Shown: positions 12,546 through 26,785, numbered from the stretch's first letter. The stretch is 47,956 nt of DNA from Paraspadella gotoi (GCA_051294375.1 CM119263.1:5998495-6046450), one strand, 5' to 3'. The notes: generated from the sequence alone by a model not told the origin. Translations and numbers: made by a program.

Positions 12546-15500
12546 ATGACGACTCTGGTCAACGGAAATGGTCACGATGTGGGCGTGTCCTTGACGGACG
12601 GAGCCTCATCGGGTTCTACCCCGACTTCGCCCGCAGCCACGCCCCTTTCCCCGCCCCCCTCCGGCACACCGCCAATGGCCACGCCCCTTTCCCCACCCTT
12701 ACCCAATATGCACCGCAGCTTTTTGGACAAGAGTCACGATCAACTTGCGCCCAGTGCCGCCTCCATGTCTTTCTCAGCGGGTAAGGTCTTAGCCATGTCT
12801 TTTTTTCAGCGGGTAGGGTCTCTGCCATGCCAAGATCTTTTTTTCCAAGTCTTTTTCATAAAATTGGATGAGAGAGACATCCGATGATAATTAAGCAGAA
12901 CTCTCTTTCAGTATCTTTTGTTTTTCTCTTGACGCCCGAAAATCTCAATGTCTGAACCCAAAAAAGTTGTTTTATTTGCGGATCGAAATTGAGAAAGGAA
13001 ACGATCGGTTGACGCCCTTTAATTGGCTGAGGAAATCATAATTCGCGACCTCTGATTGGATCAATATCGAACTTGTGACATTGAGTAAAATTAAAAAGTA
13101 AATATAAACAAAATCTGATAAGACCCGGTGGTGAAAGGTTTTTCCGTTATATTTTAATAATTCAGAAATTTTAATTACATCAGAATTATTTAAAAAAAAA
13201 ACAAAAACAAACGCAATTGATCTCGGGCTAAGAGTTTTTGTCGGCTAATTTTTTGCGGGCAACACCCACTCGACTCTGCCCATCGTTAAAAAGGTTTTGA
13301 CGATTTCTGGCTTCGTCGGTCGGTCGCGGTCGGTCGGTCGGTCGGTCGTCGGTCGGTCGTCGTCGTTTCTCACCCGACGTCTTAACTTTTTATCGATCGG
13401 CCTTCGTCGCCTTTCTTAGCTATGAATTTAATCAAACTTTAAAATACGTAAATAATTATAAATCGATAAATATTAACCTAAAAAAAAATTGGAATATCTC
13501 GATCGTTGCCATGGCGACCGCAAAGCCAGCGACCAACGGACCAAAGACTCCAGAAATCGTCACCCATCAGAACCGTAGACGAAAAAGTTCTTCGGCTAAA
13601 ACCGACCCGACCCCAATTCGCCCGCGCGGGCCATCGAAGCCAATGGAGGCCTCCTCGCCCCCGAGCGGGTCTTCAAGGGCTATGGAAGCCCGTTCTCCTT
13701 CCAGCGGGGCCTCGGGAGGCAGCGAAGTTCCATCTGACGACGCGACATCGATTTTTGTTGCAGACGGAATCGACGATGGCGAATTGGAGGATCGGGTCAT
13801 TGGTCTCGAAAAAAAAGTATCGCAACAGGAAGACGAAATCCTTTGCTTGAAGAGCGCTTTGGCCGACGCCTTGAGAAGACTGTCGGCAATAGAGACGCAA
13901 AATCACAGGTTGGGAATTGGAGATGGGATACAGGAGATGGGATACAGGAGATTGGTTACAGGAGATAGGATTCAAGAGATGGGTTACAGAAGATGGGTTA
14001 CAGGAGATGGGATACAGGAAAAGGGAAACGAAAGATGGGAAACGGGAAACGGGATACGGGTGATGGAAGATTGGTGATGGGAAACCACTGATGGGAGACC
14101 ACCGATGGGAAACGAAAGACCGAGAGATAGGGGAAATTAAGGGAAAAAGACGAACTAGGAAAAAGGGAAGAATTTATTTTATCTCAAATTATTTTAATTT
14201 GTCTGATATTTTTCCAGAATTCTACCTAATACTCCCGGCCAGAGTGGTAAGGGCAAAATCATGAGCAGCGGAATTCAGCCAATGAGAACAAACTTCGCTG
14301 CTGCGACACCCACCCCGGTCGGGAAGGCTAACAGGGGTAAGTAGGTGGGGAAGTAAATTAAAAGTGTAAAGCGTTATATAAATTATTTCGCGTCTCGATT
14401 TTAGCCTCAACTCCTGGCGCCGTAGATAACCGCGCAGCGTCTAGAAACGGGAGGCGTACCCCAGATGTTTCGGCCAAAGGAGCTCGTCCACCATCGCCCG
14501 CCACTTCGATGAAAGGGTCCACTAGAATGGTGAGTGTAATTTGGGGGAAGGGTAAGGGGTTGGGGAGGCTGCTCCTCCGACGATTGAATTATTGTTACCC
14601 TCTCTCTTTTTTTTATTTCTGTCCGCCTATATATCCCTTAAGAAACCTTTATCATTACCCTTTATATTTATCTCTTCAGGGGGCCTTTTCTGACCTTTTC
14701 TGGCCTTAATATTTGACCTATATTTTCTGATTTTGTGGTTGGACTTAACAGTTGGCCTCTATGATTGGCCTCAACGGTTGGGCTTCCTCTATAACCCAAT
14801 TAGCCTTGTTAGTTTCATAAAATCAAAACTTAATCTTGTTTGATAATCAAATTGCGATGATTATATCTGATCTAGATTCGGTCAATACTGAATTCTTTTA
14901 GTGGCATTTGTAGCAGAATAATTTGTGGTTCATTTCAAATGCCTCACATTAAATATATAAAATCATGTAAATTGTTTTTACAAATTAATGTTTTTCGAAC
15001 AACTTAACCGCATTTAAAAGATCTGTTATAAGATAATATTTTTTTAATATTCTGATCTCGAAAGAGCAATAAAACTTTGCGTGATTTATTGTTCGGATCT
15101 TTTTTGTTTGTCGCCGGCCTTCGTTGTTGAGACATGACTCAACTATTAAGGGGAGGCGGGCGAGACAGAGATAGTGCAGCGATTGGGTTGTGGTAGTTTT
15201 AGGCGGTGGTTTTAGAGTAGAGCGAATGCAAGTCTCAAGTGAAATATTGAAACCCTAACCTGTCCACCGCAATGAACAAACAAGGAACCTTATCGATTTT
15301 TTTTTGCCTAAAAAAAAGGAAAAACCGCTAATATTTTTTCTTTTTTTTTTAAATTTCAAAAGTTGTATTTTTTTTTTTCGTTAAGTTTTATCCATTCCAA
15401 TTTTTCTGATTTCGTCGAATTAAAAATAACAATATTTTTCTTTTAATTTTTAGCTTCACGGAGCTACGAGTTCTCTTGAAATCGACACTTCACCTCAAAA

Positions 15501-18500
15501 ACCCGTAAACTCTCACGGATCACTTAAAGCGTGAGTACATCAGGGAGGAGATTTTTAAATCTAAAACTTTTTAGAAAGTCATATTGATTGAAAAATGGTT
15601 TATTTATATTACAGTCACGAATCGGCGATGGCAAGACGAGAGCGACCTCTCAGTACCAGTAGTACTTTGGATACAGCAGAAGGTAATAAATGTTAATTAT
15701 TTATCATTTAGTTTATTAGTTTATAGCGCTGCTTGATTTCGACTAATTAGTAGTTTAATTTCTAACTTTTCCTTTTTTTTTTACTAATTTAGCTTCAGGT
15801 TATGTATTACTATGTTTCCTAATAAATGTTTCAATTCTAATTATTTAAATACTGTAAGCGACCGTCCTGGGACTAAAAAGACTATATAACCTCGTTTGTT
15901 TTGGGTAAAACTAGATGCAATCATAAAAATTGTATCCTGACTGTTGAATATACAATCAAAAGGTGTTAGCACCCCTGGGTTCACCCGCAATTCACTCCGC
16001 GTGACAGGAGTGATCCGCCTTACGATTCGTGGACGAAACATCCCTCTCTACATCCCGACTGAGCACATCCCCGATTACGCCAATTGCGACATCAATCCAG
16101 CGCCGAAGGAACAACTCAAACTTGATTGGGTCTATGGTGAGTCTAGCTTTCTAGTCTTAATTAAATATTCTACCCATTTTCGAAATTACCGAAAAAAAAG
16201 TATTTATCAATTTCACATCATTTATTGCATCATGATTTATCATCGTGCAACACAAAACGCTACCATCTAAAATCCATAAAATGGCAAAGAAAAACTCATT
16301 TTCTCTATTCGTTCATTAAACAAAACAAAAAAAAAATTGATCTTTCCTGTCAAAATTTGAGATTTGAATCTCAAACTTTTTTGACTTTTTCTTTTTCTTC
16401 TTTTTCGCTCGATTTTCGCGATCGGAATTTTCGGTTCCCGCGTTTTTCTCGTTGCGATGAATAAAAAAATTATTCTGTATTACTGACCCGATTGTGTGGT
16501 TAAGTACAGTAAGAACCGCGAATTGCGTTCAGAGTCGACCTCGAGATAGAATACCGGCGGAACCTTTATGTAATTTCAGGCAAAGTCTATGATTCCGCCT
16601 GATGTCGACGAGGAAAGCAATTCGAGGCGGACAGGAAACCCGCGTGACAAGCATTGACGTTTATGACAAGCATTGACGTTTGAGACAAGCATTGATGTCC
16701 CTGACGTCGATGACAAGTCTTGACATTTATGACATAAAAATAACATTTATGACACGACGAGAACGTAGGGGGGCACAATTGTAAAAAAAAAAACAAAAAA
16801 AAACACAAAACAGGTTATCACCTCTTTTGGACTAAAAAGAGGGGAATGCAATTTAGAGCTTGTAATTTCTTTTAAATAAATATTCTTTCATATAAATAAT
16901 CTATTAAAATTGGAAAACTAAAAAAGGAAGACGAATGGAATCGAAGAGTTATTCGGTGGCAGATTTAGAATCCAAATCTACGAAAGAAGTCGGTGTCAAT
17001 TGTTGCCTGAAAGAATTAAGGAATTTTATAGCTTAAGGTTTAATCTGGCGACTTCATTGACATGACATGACATCGCCGACTGGTTTTTAATCCATTTACC
17101 TCGAGCAGATTTAACCCAACATTAAAGTTTTGAACTCTTCATAGTCAACCCACCCTGAACCATCTTCATCGATTTCCTGTAAAAAGATTCATTTTATTAA
17201 CGGTTAATACGGGTATACCGACTGACCGACCAACTCACTGACCCGGATCATTTCATCCACGTCACGTTCCGTCATTTCTTCGTCCAGTTTCATCAGGATT
17301 TCTTTGATAACTGAAGTGTTGATTTCCCCTAAAATCATCATATATTGGTTTAGTTTTACAACAGTTGGCACTCAACACGCCTCAGCCTTTCTTTCCCTTC
17401 ATCAGAAACTTCTAAAGCCCAGATACTTTCTCTTGGGGAGCTCGCTCAGACTAACTCAATCCAGGACTTAATCTAATTAAACTAGGCTAAGATCCTTTCT
17501 CTACCCCTACGTTAGTTCAACCAGACCATGGTCTCTTCCTTACCCCACTTACTCAATCGAAATCCCTTACCTACCCTACCTCACTTACCTTTATTCTCTC
17601 TGTCCAAAATCCTGAAGGCTTCCCTCACTTCCGATTCCTCGGCCGCTTCCTTCGTCTTCGTCTTCATCAACTCGAGAAATTCTTCCAAGTCGACAGATCC
17701 ACTTCCATCGGCGTCCACGATGTCGATGCAGTCTTGGAGTTGATAGGCCTGTTGCGAGATATGGATGATCAGACCCTGCATTTTTTATCACTGGGGAGGC
17801 AAGGACCAAGCACCAGTGCATTCTCTATACCTTGAGGTCGTGACCAAGCATTCTCATGACCGTTCCCAATTCATCGGTGGAGATTTCTCCCGATCCGTCT
17901 TCGTCAAACTTCTTAAAAGCTTCTTTGAAGTCGGCCACCTGCGAAGATCGAAGGCGGGAGGATAGAGAATGAGACAAAGAAAAAGAGCGAGAGACAGTCG
18001 GAAAGAGAGAGAGACAGAGTCGAACATCCCGCGAAAATTCGCGGCCGAAAAAAATAATCTGCGAGAGCGAAATTTATCGGATGAAAAGATAAATTAAAAA
18101 AGCGCGGGGGATGAACGACTTTTGTTGCTCATTTGTTCTCGAGTTATTTGGCAAAAAAAGTGTCAAAACAAGTTTGATGCTACTAAATGTTTCTAAAAAG
18201 TAAAAAAATGTTGAAAGATTTCAACCTTTTTCGTTCTGAAACAAAAAAAAAAAAAAGATTTAATGTTACTTTTTTTGTATTAATGCTTTTGAAATATTAT
18301 TAATCTTGCACTTAAGATTTTCTTTAATTGAAATTGAGTTTGAAATCGAAAATTTTAATTTTATTTGTCAAGAACACTTAACACTAAACTTTTAACATCG
18401 ATTGCCGACCGGACATCAGATCCCGCCGCAACCGTTAGATGTATTTTCTTGTCTTCGACGAAAAAATTAGTGACAAAAAAAAAATCGATCGGTGATTGAA

Positions 18501-21500
18501 AAAGTGAAGTCATATTTCGTTATTAGCATCGAATGAAGAAAGAATATTGTTTTATAATATAATTTTAGTTAGTTTTTTTTTAATTGGTTTCGTTCAGACT
18601 ATAACTCTAATTAAGCTACGAATTTAATTAATTAAATGAGTAAATCGGATAAACGTGTTAACTATTTTCATAACGTAATAAAGTTCATAAAATTATGAAT
18701 ATATATTTTTTTCTCTCACCTGTTCGTCGGTCAACTCATAATCTACTTCCTCCTCTTCGTAATCTTCATATTCCACTGACATTATTCCTTTTTTTTAATA
18801 TTTAAAATTTTTGTCAAATTTTTTTTTTTCGTTTAATTTTCTCAGCCTCGATTTTTCGGTTATGAGCGAAAGTCACCGGTTGAGGTTTTGGCGATCGGTT
18901 TCAGGGTTGACCGCTTCGACGGCGACGACGATTGGCCGACTGCTTGAGCCTTTGCCCGACACACCCCGACCAGTCCGACCGCCCTCGAAAGGGGTCGGCC
19001 CGAATGGGGGACCGACCGACGGACGGACAGACCGGCCGAGTGACGCTCGACCCGAAGTCGTCTCTCCGAACATCTTTCGCGTCGACTTCGTCGTCGTTTT
19101 AGTCGTCGCGGTTGTCGTCGTCGTGGTTATCGTCGTCGTCGCTCGCTGCCGACGGGTCCGCTAAAAAAATGACCCCAATGAAGATATTTTTCTGCAATTG
19201 AAAGTTGTGGGCATGAGCGATATCTAACGCGTTTTGTGGGCCACATCTGGTATTTGTGGTCCTTTTTTTTTTGTGATTTTTCGTTCGGTCCGGAATTAAT
19301 GGATGGAGTCCATATGAACTTTTATCGCTCACAGTTTTTAGCTCAAAAAGAATCGCTTTTCTTATTTCTTTTTTTCTTTTTCTTTTTTCTCCTTTACCTT
19401 TGTTCCAATTTACCTTTGTTCCCCTTTATCTTTTTCATAATAATATATACAATTAATATAATATATATATAATATATACATATATACGTATATATATACA
19501 TATTTCTTTTTCCCGCTTTTTTTTCTCTTTTCTCCCTTCGCCCTTCCCAACGTTTCTCTCCCCCTCTCCACCCACCTCTAAAAACCCCCTACCATCCTCG
19601 CGGCCCTCCTACAAAGAAAAGTGGGTCATGGGTTCGAATCCGACTCCCGACGCTAAAATCGGCAAACGATCGACAGCGAAAACTAATCGATTTCATTTCC
19701 TTTATCGAATTAGTTCTTGTAATTGTATCTCTTAACTATTTTATTTTTTATACATTTATGACTTTTTTCTTTTCAATTCTTTGTTCTTTCGTTTTTCAAG
19801 TTGCGCTCAGCTGCCGCCAGAGCGAAGTTTAAAGTCAAAATTCTTTATTTTGAAAGACGAAACGATTGATGGGAAAAACTATGATGGAGTAGATGGGAAA
19901 GCGCGATGATTATGATGGATCAGATGATGCTGATGATTATGATGGGGATGATTGTCGATCTCAGGCTTCGAGGGATTGCGATAAGATATTTTACGATTAA
20001 AAATTGCATTTATTTTTTGTTCTTTTTCCCTGCGACGTATTTTTCTGTCAGAAAAATCGATAAAATTAAATAGCGTTACGTACGAAAAAGGTTGCGTAAC
20101 TTGGAAAAGCTTACATTGTGATTAACCCAGGATTTATTCTGTTTATTTACAAACGGGAACACCTCACTCTCAGTTTAATAGTATTACTCATATAGTATTT
20201 CATTATCAAGATTAAAATACAGTTTCAGTATAAAAGTATGTAAAAAAATCTTTAAAATCAGTTGAACAGTTTTTGAGAAAAAAATAAACATTTACTTAAA
20301 TTTAGGTTACCGTGGGCGCGACAGCCGTTCTAATCTTTTTCTTCTTCCAACTGGAGAATTAATTTATCCAATTGCTGGAGTCGTCGTCCTATATAATGTT
20401 GAGGAGCAAATGCAGGTCTTTACTGTACATTATTTTGCTTCACTGTATAGTGTATACCTATCATTTGTACAATGCAAGGGAGACTTTTTTCCCCAGTCAT
20501 GTAATGCTTTTTATCAATTTGATTCTTACGTCACAGAGACATTATCTCGCTCACACCGACGATGTGAAATCCTTAGCAGTTCACCCGGATAAAATCACTA
20601 TCGCCTCAGGCCAAGTTGCTGGTGAGTCTCAACTTATGTCACATTTGCAAAAGCTTTTGTTATTTAATAGAGATTTGATTTATGCAATGGCACTGTGCCT
20701 AATAATTATTTATTTTTTTTTAAATATTTTAACCTTTTTGGAATTTATATAACAGGGATAGGATACAAACATAAAACGAGCGGGAACGAGACTGATCACA
20801 ACTTTAAACTTTTGACTTTCTCAGGACACGACCGAAAAACTGCCCGTCCTCACATTCGCGTCTGGGACTCGGTATCGCTCAACACTCTCAAAGTAGGTCT
20901 AACGGGATTCGGGTTAAGACAGTCGATTATAATGAATTTAATTTCAGTCCTTTTAAATTGTATAGGACCAAGAATACAGACCAAAAAGCTAATACAGGTT
21001 GCAGCAAATTTCTGTCATTAACAATTACGAAAAAGTAACAATCTCAGTAAAAATATTAAAACTCGTCTCGTTAGTGATTCGTCCAAGTTAAAATTTTGTT
21101 AGAAATTTCTTTGCTCATTTGTTTTGTAATCTCGTTTCTCCACCAGGTGGTCGGCATCTCGGGCGAATTCACGAACGCCGTCTCTTGTTTGTCATTCAGC
21201 GTCGCTGACGGAGGAAAGCATCTGGCGGCCATCGATGAAAGCAATGATCACGTTCTCAGCCTGTGGGAATGGGAGAAGGGAGAACACGGAAAGAAGATTC
21301 ATGGTGAGAGAGTCCGTTGTGACTTGTGACTTCAAGGAAGAAGGACCTAAACTATGAAATAATGTTTAATGAAATTTCTTATATTTAGGTTAAATGATAA
21401 ATACCCACTTTTCGATATCAACTTAATTCGGCCTTTCTCTTTCTTGTTTAGAGACTAAAAGCTCCGCCGACCCAGTTCTCGCCGTCGAATTTCATCCCAC

Positions 21501-24500
21501 GGAGCGAAACATTCTTGTCTCATGCGGAAAATACCATCTCAGCTTTTGGACGCTCGAGGGTGGGCTGCTCACTAAGAAACAAGGTCTTTTCGAACGGTTT
21601 GACAAACCCAAATACGTCTTGTGTCTCAGGTAAGATTTTATAGGTTAACGGTTAATAATTAGCGATATTAATTGATATTGCTATCGATGCTATTTTGCGG
21701 TTTTGTTCAGTTTTACTCCAGAGGGGGACGTCGTGACAGGAGACTCGAACGGCAACGTCCTCTTCTGGTCGCGAAGCAAACAAAAGGTCACCAGTGCGAT
21801 CACCGCTGCTCACGACGGTGGAATCTTTTCCTTGGGTGAGTTTTGATGGAAAGTCGTTTTAATCAAATTAACTAAGTTTAGTTTTGCATTAGCTTTTAAT
21901 AAGAACCGAATTTATATCTAATATTCTGTAAAGCAAACGTTTTATAATTTAAAGTTCTGTTAAGCATATACATATCATATGTTTTATTCGTATAAATTCA
22001 TGGTATTATCATTTTGATAAAATTTAAAATCTTGATTTGTTGAGTTATACCATAGCCATTTAAAAACTAATATATCATATTTTAAGTTCTCGAATTTGGT
22101 TCTTATATGGGATTAGTCTAGTCCATTTCTAAAACTATCTATTTTAATAATACCTTTAAACTCTTTGTTGCAGTGTACATAAGTAAAGGTATTTTTGATC
22201 CAGGCCATACTGAAACGTTTAACATTTTTATAAAACATTAACACGAAAACTTAGAATATAGTTCATCTGGGACAAAACGAATAATATTTTTATAAACTAA
22301 ATTTTGACTACAAATGAGCTGCTTAATCAAAATACTTATAAAGGTTAAAGTATTTGATTTTTGTCCAAGATGTTATTTTGGGGGTTTTCGTTTTTATATT
22401 TTATATTTTATATAACGAAGCTTTCAGGGATCGCGCAAACTGGGTCAATGAGAAATTGTATATTTTTTATCGGTCTAATTTGGTATGGAGGAAAAACTAT
22501 TATATTCAAAATTATTAAATTTTATATTTCTATTTAATACTATTTTGATGTTAAGATTTCGATAATAAATACTTGAGGTACTATTATAATTATTAGTTTT
22601 TGATTTCGTTTTTAATACCTTTATCCGATTTTTGTAATTTCCCTTGAACCTCTGTGCTATTCTTTTTCTCTTTCTTTTCCCCCACAACTCTCCTATTGTC
22701 TTCTCTCGTTCCTTCCCCCCCCCCCCGATTCTTCTCTTTCACTACCTCTTTCCCCTAAAACCCCCTTCCCTTTCCCTCCCTACCCCTCTCTCCCTTTCCT
22801 ACCTCCTACCGAAAGTCCAAAAGACGGACGGGACCGTCATCACGGGCGGAGGCAAAGATCGTCGCCTGGTCCAATGGCATTTTGAGACGTCCTCGGGCCT
22901 TTACGAGAAGATTGCCGAGGCTGAACTGGATGAAGCCTTTGGTCCGGCGAGGTGCTTGGCGATGGGGAAAGGCAACACCGTCGTCGTTGGAACGACCAAG
23001 AACTGCGTCCTTCAAGGAGGACTGGATATTGGATTCTCTCCGATCGTCAGAGGTCACGTGGATGAACTATGGGGTCTCGCTGTGTCTCCAAAGCAGCACC
23101 AGTTCGTCTCCGCCGCACATGACAAGCAGGTCAGTCGCTTGGTGATATGTGATGTGAATTGTTTAATCGCCTGGTGATATTTGATGTGAATTGGTGATTT
23201 GCGTTGAGAGTTGCTGAATAGCTTATACAATCTGAATTGGTGAGTTGTCTTGTGATATTAAATGTGAATTCGTCAGTCAGCTGGTAACATGCAATGTAAA
23301 TGAACGAATCACTTACTGATATGCAATGTGATTAGGTTTGTCGCCTGGTGAAATGTAACGTGAATTTGTGAACCCTTTATCATTCCTCCCCCTTCCCGGT
23401 CCAGGTTAACATGTGGGACACGATGAGTCATTCCGTCATTTGGAGCGCTGAAGTACCTGACCCAGCGCAGTCGGCCGCCTTTCATCCATCGGGCGACAAA
23501 ATCGCTGTCGGCCTTACCAGGTTTGTTGTCGTTGTTGTTATTCATTCGCCAAGTTCAATTAGCTTTCTCCTTTTTAATTATATCATTGTTACTGTTAGTT
23601 ATATTTCCCCTCACCCTTTATTGCCCCCCACCCTTGATTGCCCACCACCTTTGATTGCCCCTAACCTTGGTTGCTCCTCACCCTGCAGCGGGAAATGGGT
23701 GGTAATCGATGCGAACACGAGGGAAATCGTTTTCCGTCAAATGGACGGAAATGAACAACACGACGCGATTGCCTTTTCACCCGACGGGAAATTCATCGCT
23801 GTTGGGAGTCATGATAATTACATTTACGTTCACGAGGTGAATACTGATAGTTACATTTGCATTCATTTGGTGAATATTTATAATTAAATTGAAATTTATG
23901 GGATGAACATTGATAGTTACTTTCACGAGGTTAAACTCGATTTTTGGTTTTACATTCATGAGGTGAAACTTAAGTTACATTTACGTTTATAAGATGAATA
24001 TGAATATGAATCTCGATTGAAATTAGACAACTATGTCCTACAATAATGTACTTTTAAGTTTTATAGGATTTGTTTCTAATTGGCCGTTTTTACACGTAAT
24101 ATACATTTTGATTTTACTTTTTCAAATATTTATATCTCGTCCCTTACAGATGATATTTCTGCTCCTTTACAGATGAATGATGATGGAACGACTTTCTCCC
24201 GAGTGGGGCGATGCTCGGGTCACTCCTCCTTTGTCACTCATCTTGACTGGAGCGAAAACAGCGAATACATACGCTCCAACTCGGGAGATCTTGAGGTAGG
24301 TCTGTCGGTCATTTTATTTCATTGATCTTTCTGTTGTTATGTAATGACGAATTTAACGAGTTTCTGCCCTCCCTGTGGATAGGCGTTGTTCTGGAATCCC
24401 GCCACCTGTAAGCAAGTGACTCACGCTGCCTCCTTGCGCGATGTCCCTTGGGCGACGGACACCTGCACCCTCAGCTATGGCACCTGTGGCATCTGGCAGG

Positions 24501-25077
24501 AAGGTGCCGATGGCACTGACGTCAATGGATGCTGTAGAAGTTCAGGAAAAAAACTGTTGGCCGGTGAGTGGCGTGGTTGATTGGTTCAGTAAGTGGCGGA
24601 GTAGGGGCGGGAAATAAATGAAAATACTGTTACAACCGTGATTAAAATTGGTTAATCTAAAATAAAGACGTATGGTGGACTAAAACCCACCAACCGTTCA
24701 TCAGCGGCCATTGGTGCCGGAGGCAAGTCATTCGCCTCCCAACCCAAAGGTCCGGGGTTCTAGCCCGGTGGTCGTCTGGCAGTTTAGAGGGACGGGGCGC
24801 TTAACCCGCCTGTAACATGGTGTTACAGCCTGATCCGAAGCTCAGGGACTGCTTATATTGAACGGTTCTATCACTAACTCATAACAATAATTACTGTCTC
24901 TTCAGACGTTAGGAGTAGTTCAAATTAAAACTCAGTTTAATTTTATTTCAGCGGGTGACGATTTTGGCAAAGTTTCTCTCTTCTCTTTTCCCTGCAACCG
25001 ACTTCGATCTGAGTCTAGATTATACGGAGGTCATAGTTCTCATGTCACAAACCTGCGCTTCCTCTTTGATGATTCGC

Positions 25078-25132
<55 letters not shown>

Positions 25133-25218
25133 TCCTCAGGCTTAAAATCCATTTCATTTACAGACTTCTCAGCGCGGGCGGAAAGGACACAGCGATTCTT
25201 CAATGGGCGATCGTTTGA
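12546..25218 (+). CDS. EML: Echinoderm microtubule-associated protein-like (EML/EMAP) gene, ~20 exons
   Basis: Coiled coil [32 protein letters not shown] (13764-13908). HELP motif [10 protein letters not shown]|[10 protein letters not shown] (16018-16136, 20306-). WD40 exons: [69 protein letters not shown]. Ends [17 protein letters not shown] at 25218. Junctions checked are GT-AG and in phase. Confidence 0.95.
13915..14075. repeat. Intronic minisatellite (GGAGATGGGATACA-like units)
   Basis: Degenerate tandem copies just after the 13908 donor. Confidence 0.7.
16640..16755. repeat. Tandem ~19-20-bp repeat (TGACAAGCATTGACGTTTA)
   Basis: About 5 degenerate copies visible. Confidence 0.7.
17111..18782 (-). 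CDS. Troponin C/calmodulin-like four-EF-hand protein (~160 aa) nested antisense in an EML intron; exons 18782-18720, 17938-17831, 17748-17589, 17328-17243, 17176-17111
   Basis: Spliced translation [21 protein letters not shown]|[36 protein letters not shown]|[42 protein letters not shown]|[28 protein letters not shown]|[21 protein letters not shown]. All introns are GT-AG and in phase. Confidence 0.92.
24704..24775 (+). ncRNA. tRNA(Gly-CCC)-like domain / Pol III internal promoter inside the LTR
   Basis: 72 nt. Acceptor GCGGCCA/TGGTCGT, A-box-like TGGTGCCGGAGG, loop CT-CCC-AA, B-box-like GGTTCTAGCC. The anticodon stem is degenerate, so this is not a functional tRNA. Confidence 0.7.
24778..24853 (+). 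ncRNA. Candidate type-P5 twister ribozyme, predicted cleavage 24802/24803
   Basis: P5' GGCAGTT; GA-CGG; GGCGCT; U^AA; CCC; GC; P3 CTGTAAC/GTTACAG; P4 CCTGA/TCAGG with loop T-CCG-AA-GC; P5 GACTGCT. Confidence 0.75.
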
Positions 25219-26163
25219 GTCCCTACAGTGTCGGCTACACTGTCTGCTTCGATCTTCCCATTAGTATCCAGGGCGTCTTCACTACTCGCGGTGCTGATGT
25301 CGGCAAATGTAGATTGGCCATGTCGGCAAAAGTCAAATGATCATTTCTCCAGCTTTTTGTAGTCGTTACTGTTTTTCGTAGTGAATCTGATCTTCGTAGT
25401 TGTCGTTTTCGTAGTGATAACTGTTCTTGCTCACCAGTTTTTATTCACTTCTGTCACGAGCGACTTCGCCAGTTGGTATCACTTCTATCCTTAGTACACA
25501 TTTTACGTAAACGTCAAACGTAGTTAATATATTTGTTATATTTCAAAAACGCTATGATTTTTGAGATCTCTGTGATAATGTAACATTATCCATAGTATTT
25601 TTATCAAAACAAAATGGTATGCTGGGTTTTCGAAGCGACGAAATGCCATAACTTAGATAGATATAAATTTTTGTTTCCATGACTTGGAATTTTTGTCACG
25701 TGCATCGATCATTTTACACTCACATTTTATTAATTAATTAATAAATCCTTTTTTTCGTTTTGCCTCCTCGAGTATTAAAACGAAAGCATCATTACCTTTT
25801 CTCTTGCTCCTCCGTGCTTTTTTTTTCTGATGGAAATAGAAACACTTATTTCTTTTCATTTTTAGCTTTTTAAATAAGTATTTCGATACGAATCTTGACA
25901 ATAGCTAATTTCATTAGTCACTTTAAATTTGTCTAGTCAGCCCTGGGGAGCTCTTGTCCCGTTGGTCAAGCTAGGTTTTGAAAATTATATCTATGTTTAG
26001 GGTAATTGTGAAGATCTTTCTTTGATAGCGGAGGATCTTTTTACGGTTTTTACGGTTCTAGATTGATTAAAGATTTTACAAATCAGAAATTCTTTACGGT
26101 TTAAACTCGAAATAGTATGAAATTAGTTGTACCAATTTCATAAAATAAATTTTAAGAGGACAT

Positions 26164-26404
26164 TGTGATGGACTAAAATCCACCAACCGTTCATCAGCGG
26201 CCATTGGTGCCGGAGGCAAGTCATTCGCCTCCCAACCCAAAGGTCCGATGTTCTAGCCCGGTGGTCGCCTAGCAGTTAAGAGGAACGGTGCGCTTAACTC
26301 GCCACACTCGTAACACACGGTGTTACAACCTGATCCGAAACTAATAGACTGTTTATATTGAACGGTTCTGTCACTAACACAACAATAATTATACTGTCTC
26401 TTCA
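26164..26404 (+). mobile_element. Solo LTR (copy 2)
   Basis: TGTGATGG...TCTCTTCA (canonical TG..CA), TSD ACAT (26160-26163, 26405-26408). The twister part is more degenerate. Confidence 0.88.
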
Positions 26405-26678
26405 ACATTATATTTTTTTATTTGTCCCCATCACAATACTAAATGACTGGAGGGAGGTCTATTGGTTGAATCAACCTCAACAATGTTTACTTCATCCATC
26501 TCCGTCCTCCGTTTAAGATCTTTTACTTTCCTCTTCCCAACTCTCTTCATCTTTCTTCATTGTTTATCTTGAATGAGGCCCCTGTCGAGGATAGGGCTAA
26601 AGATGGTTATTTGGCCACGAACGAGCATTGCTTCTTGTCTGAGCGCTGAACGAGTCTTTGGGTGAAATCTTTCGCCGG

Positions 26679-26785
<107 letters not shown>

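Larger units (their letters stand above)
24671..24904 (+). mobile_element. Solo LTR (copy 1) of the tRNA+twister LTR element
   Basis: TATGGTGG...TCTCTTCA flanked by 4-bp TSD GACG (24667-24670, 24905-24908). Lies in EML intron 24564-24951. Confidence 0.88.

Noticed and set aside
19622-19652. tRNA gene at GGTTCGAATCC
   Set aside because: Isolated B-box-like word with no A box or cloverleaf.
24704-24775. Functional tRNA-Gly gene
   Set aside because: Anticodon and D stems are mismatched, the T loop is non-canonical, and it is embedded in a repeat.
24671-24904. Reading the 235-bp repeat as a tRNA-SINE or a Helentron/HINE
   Set aside because: The tRNA part is internal, the ends are fixed, TSDs are exactly 4 bp and a PBS follows the CA end. 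All of these indicate an LTR.
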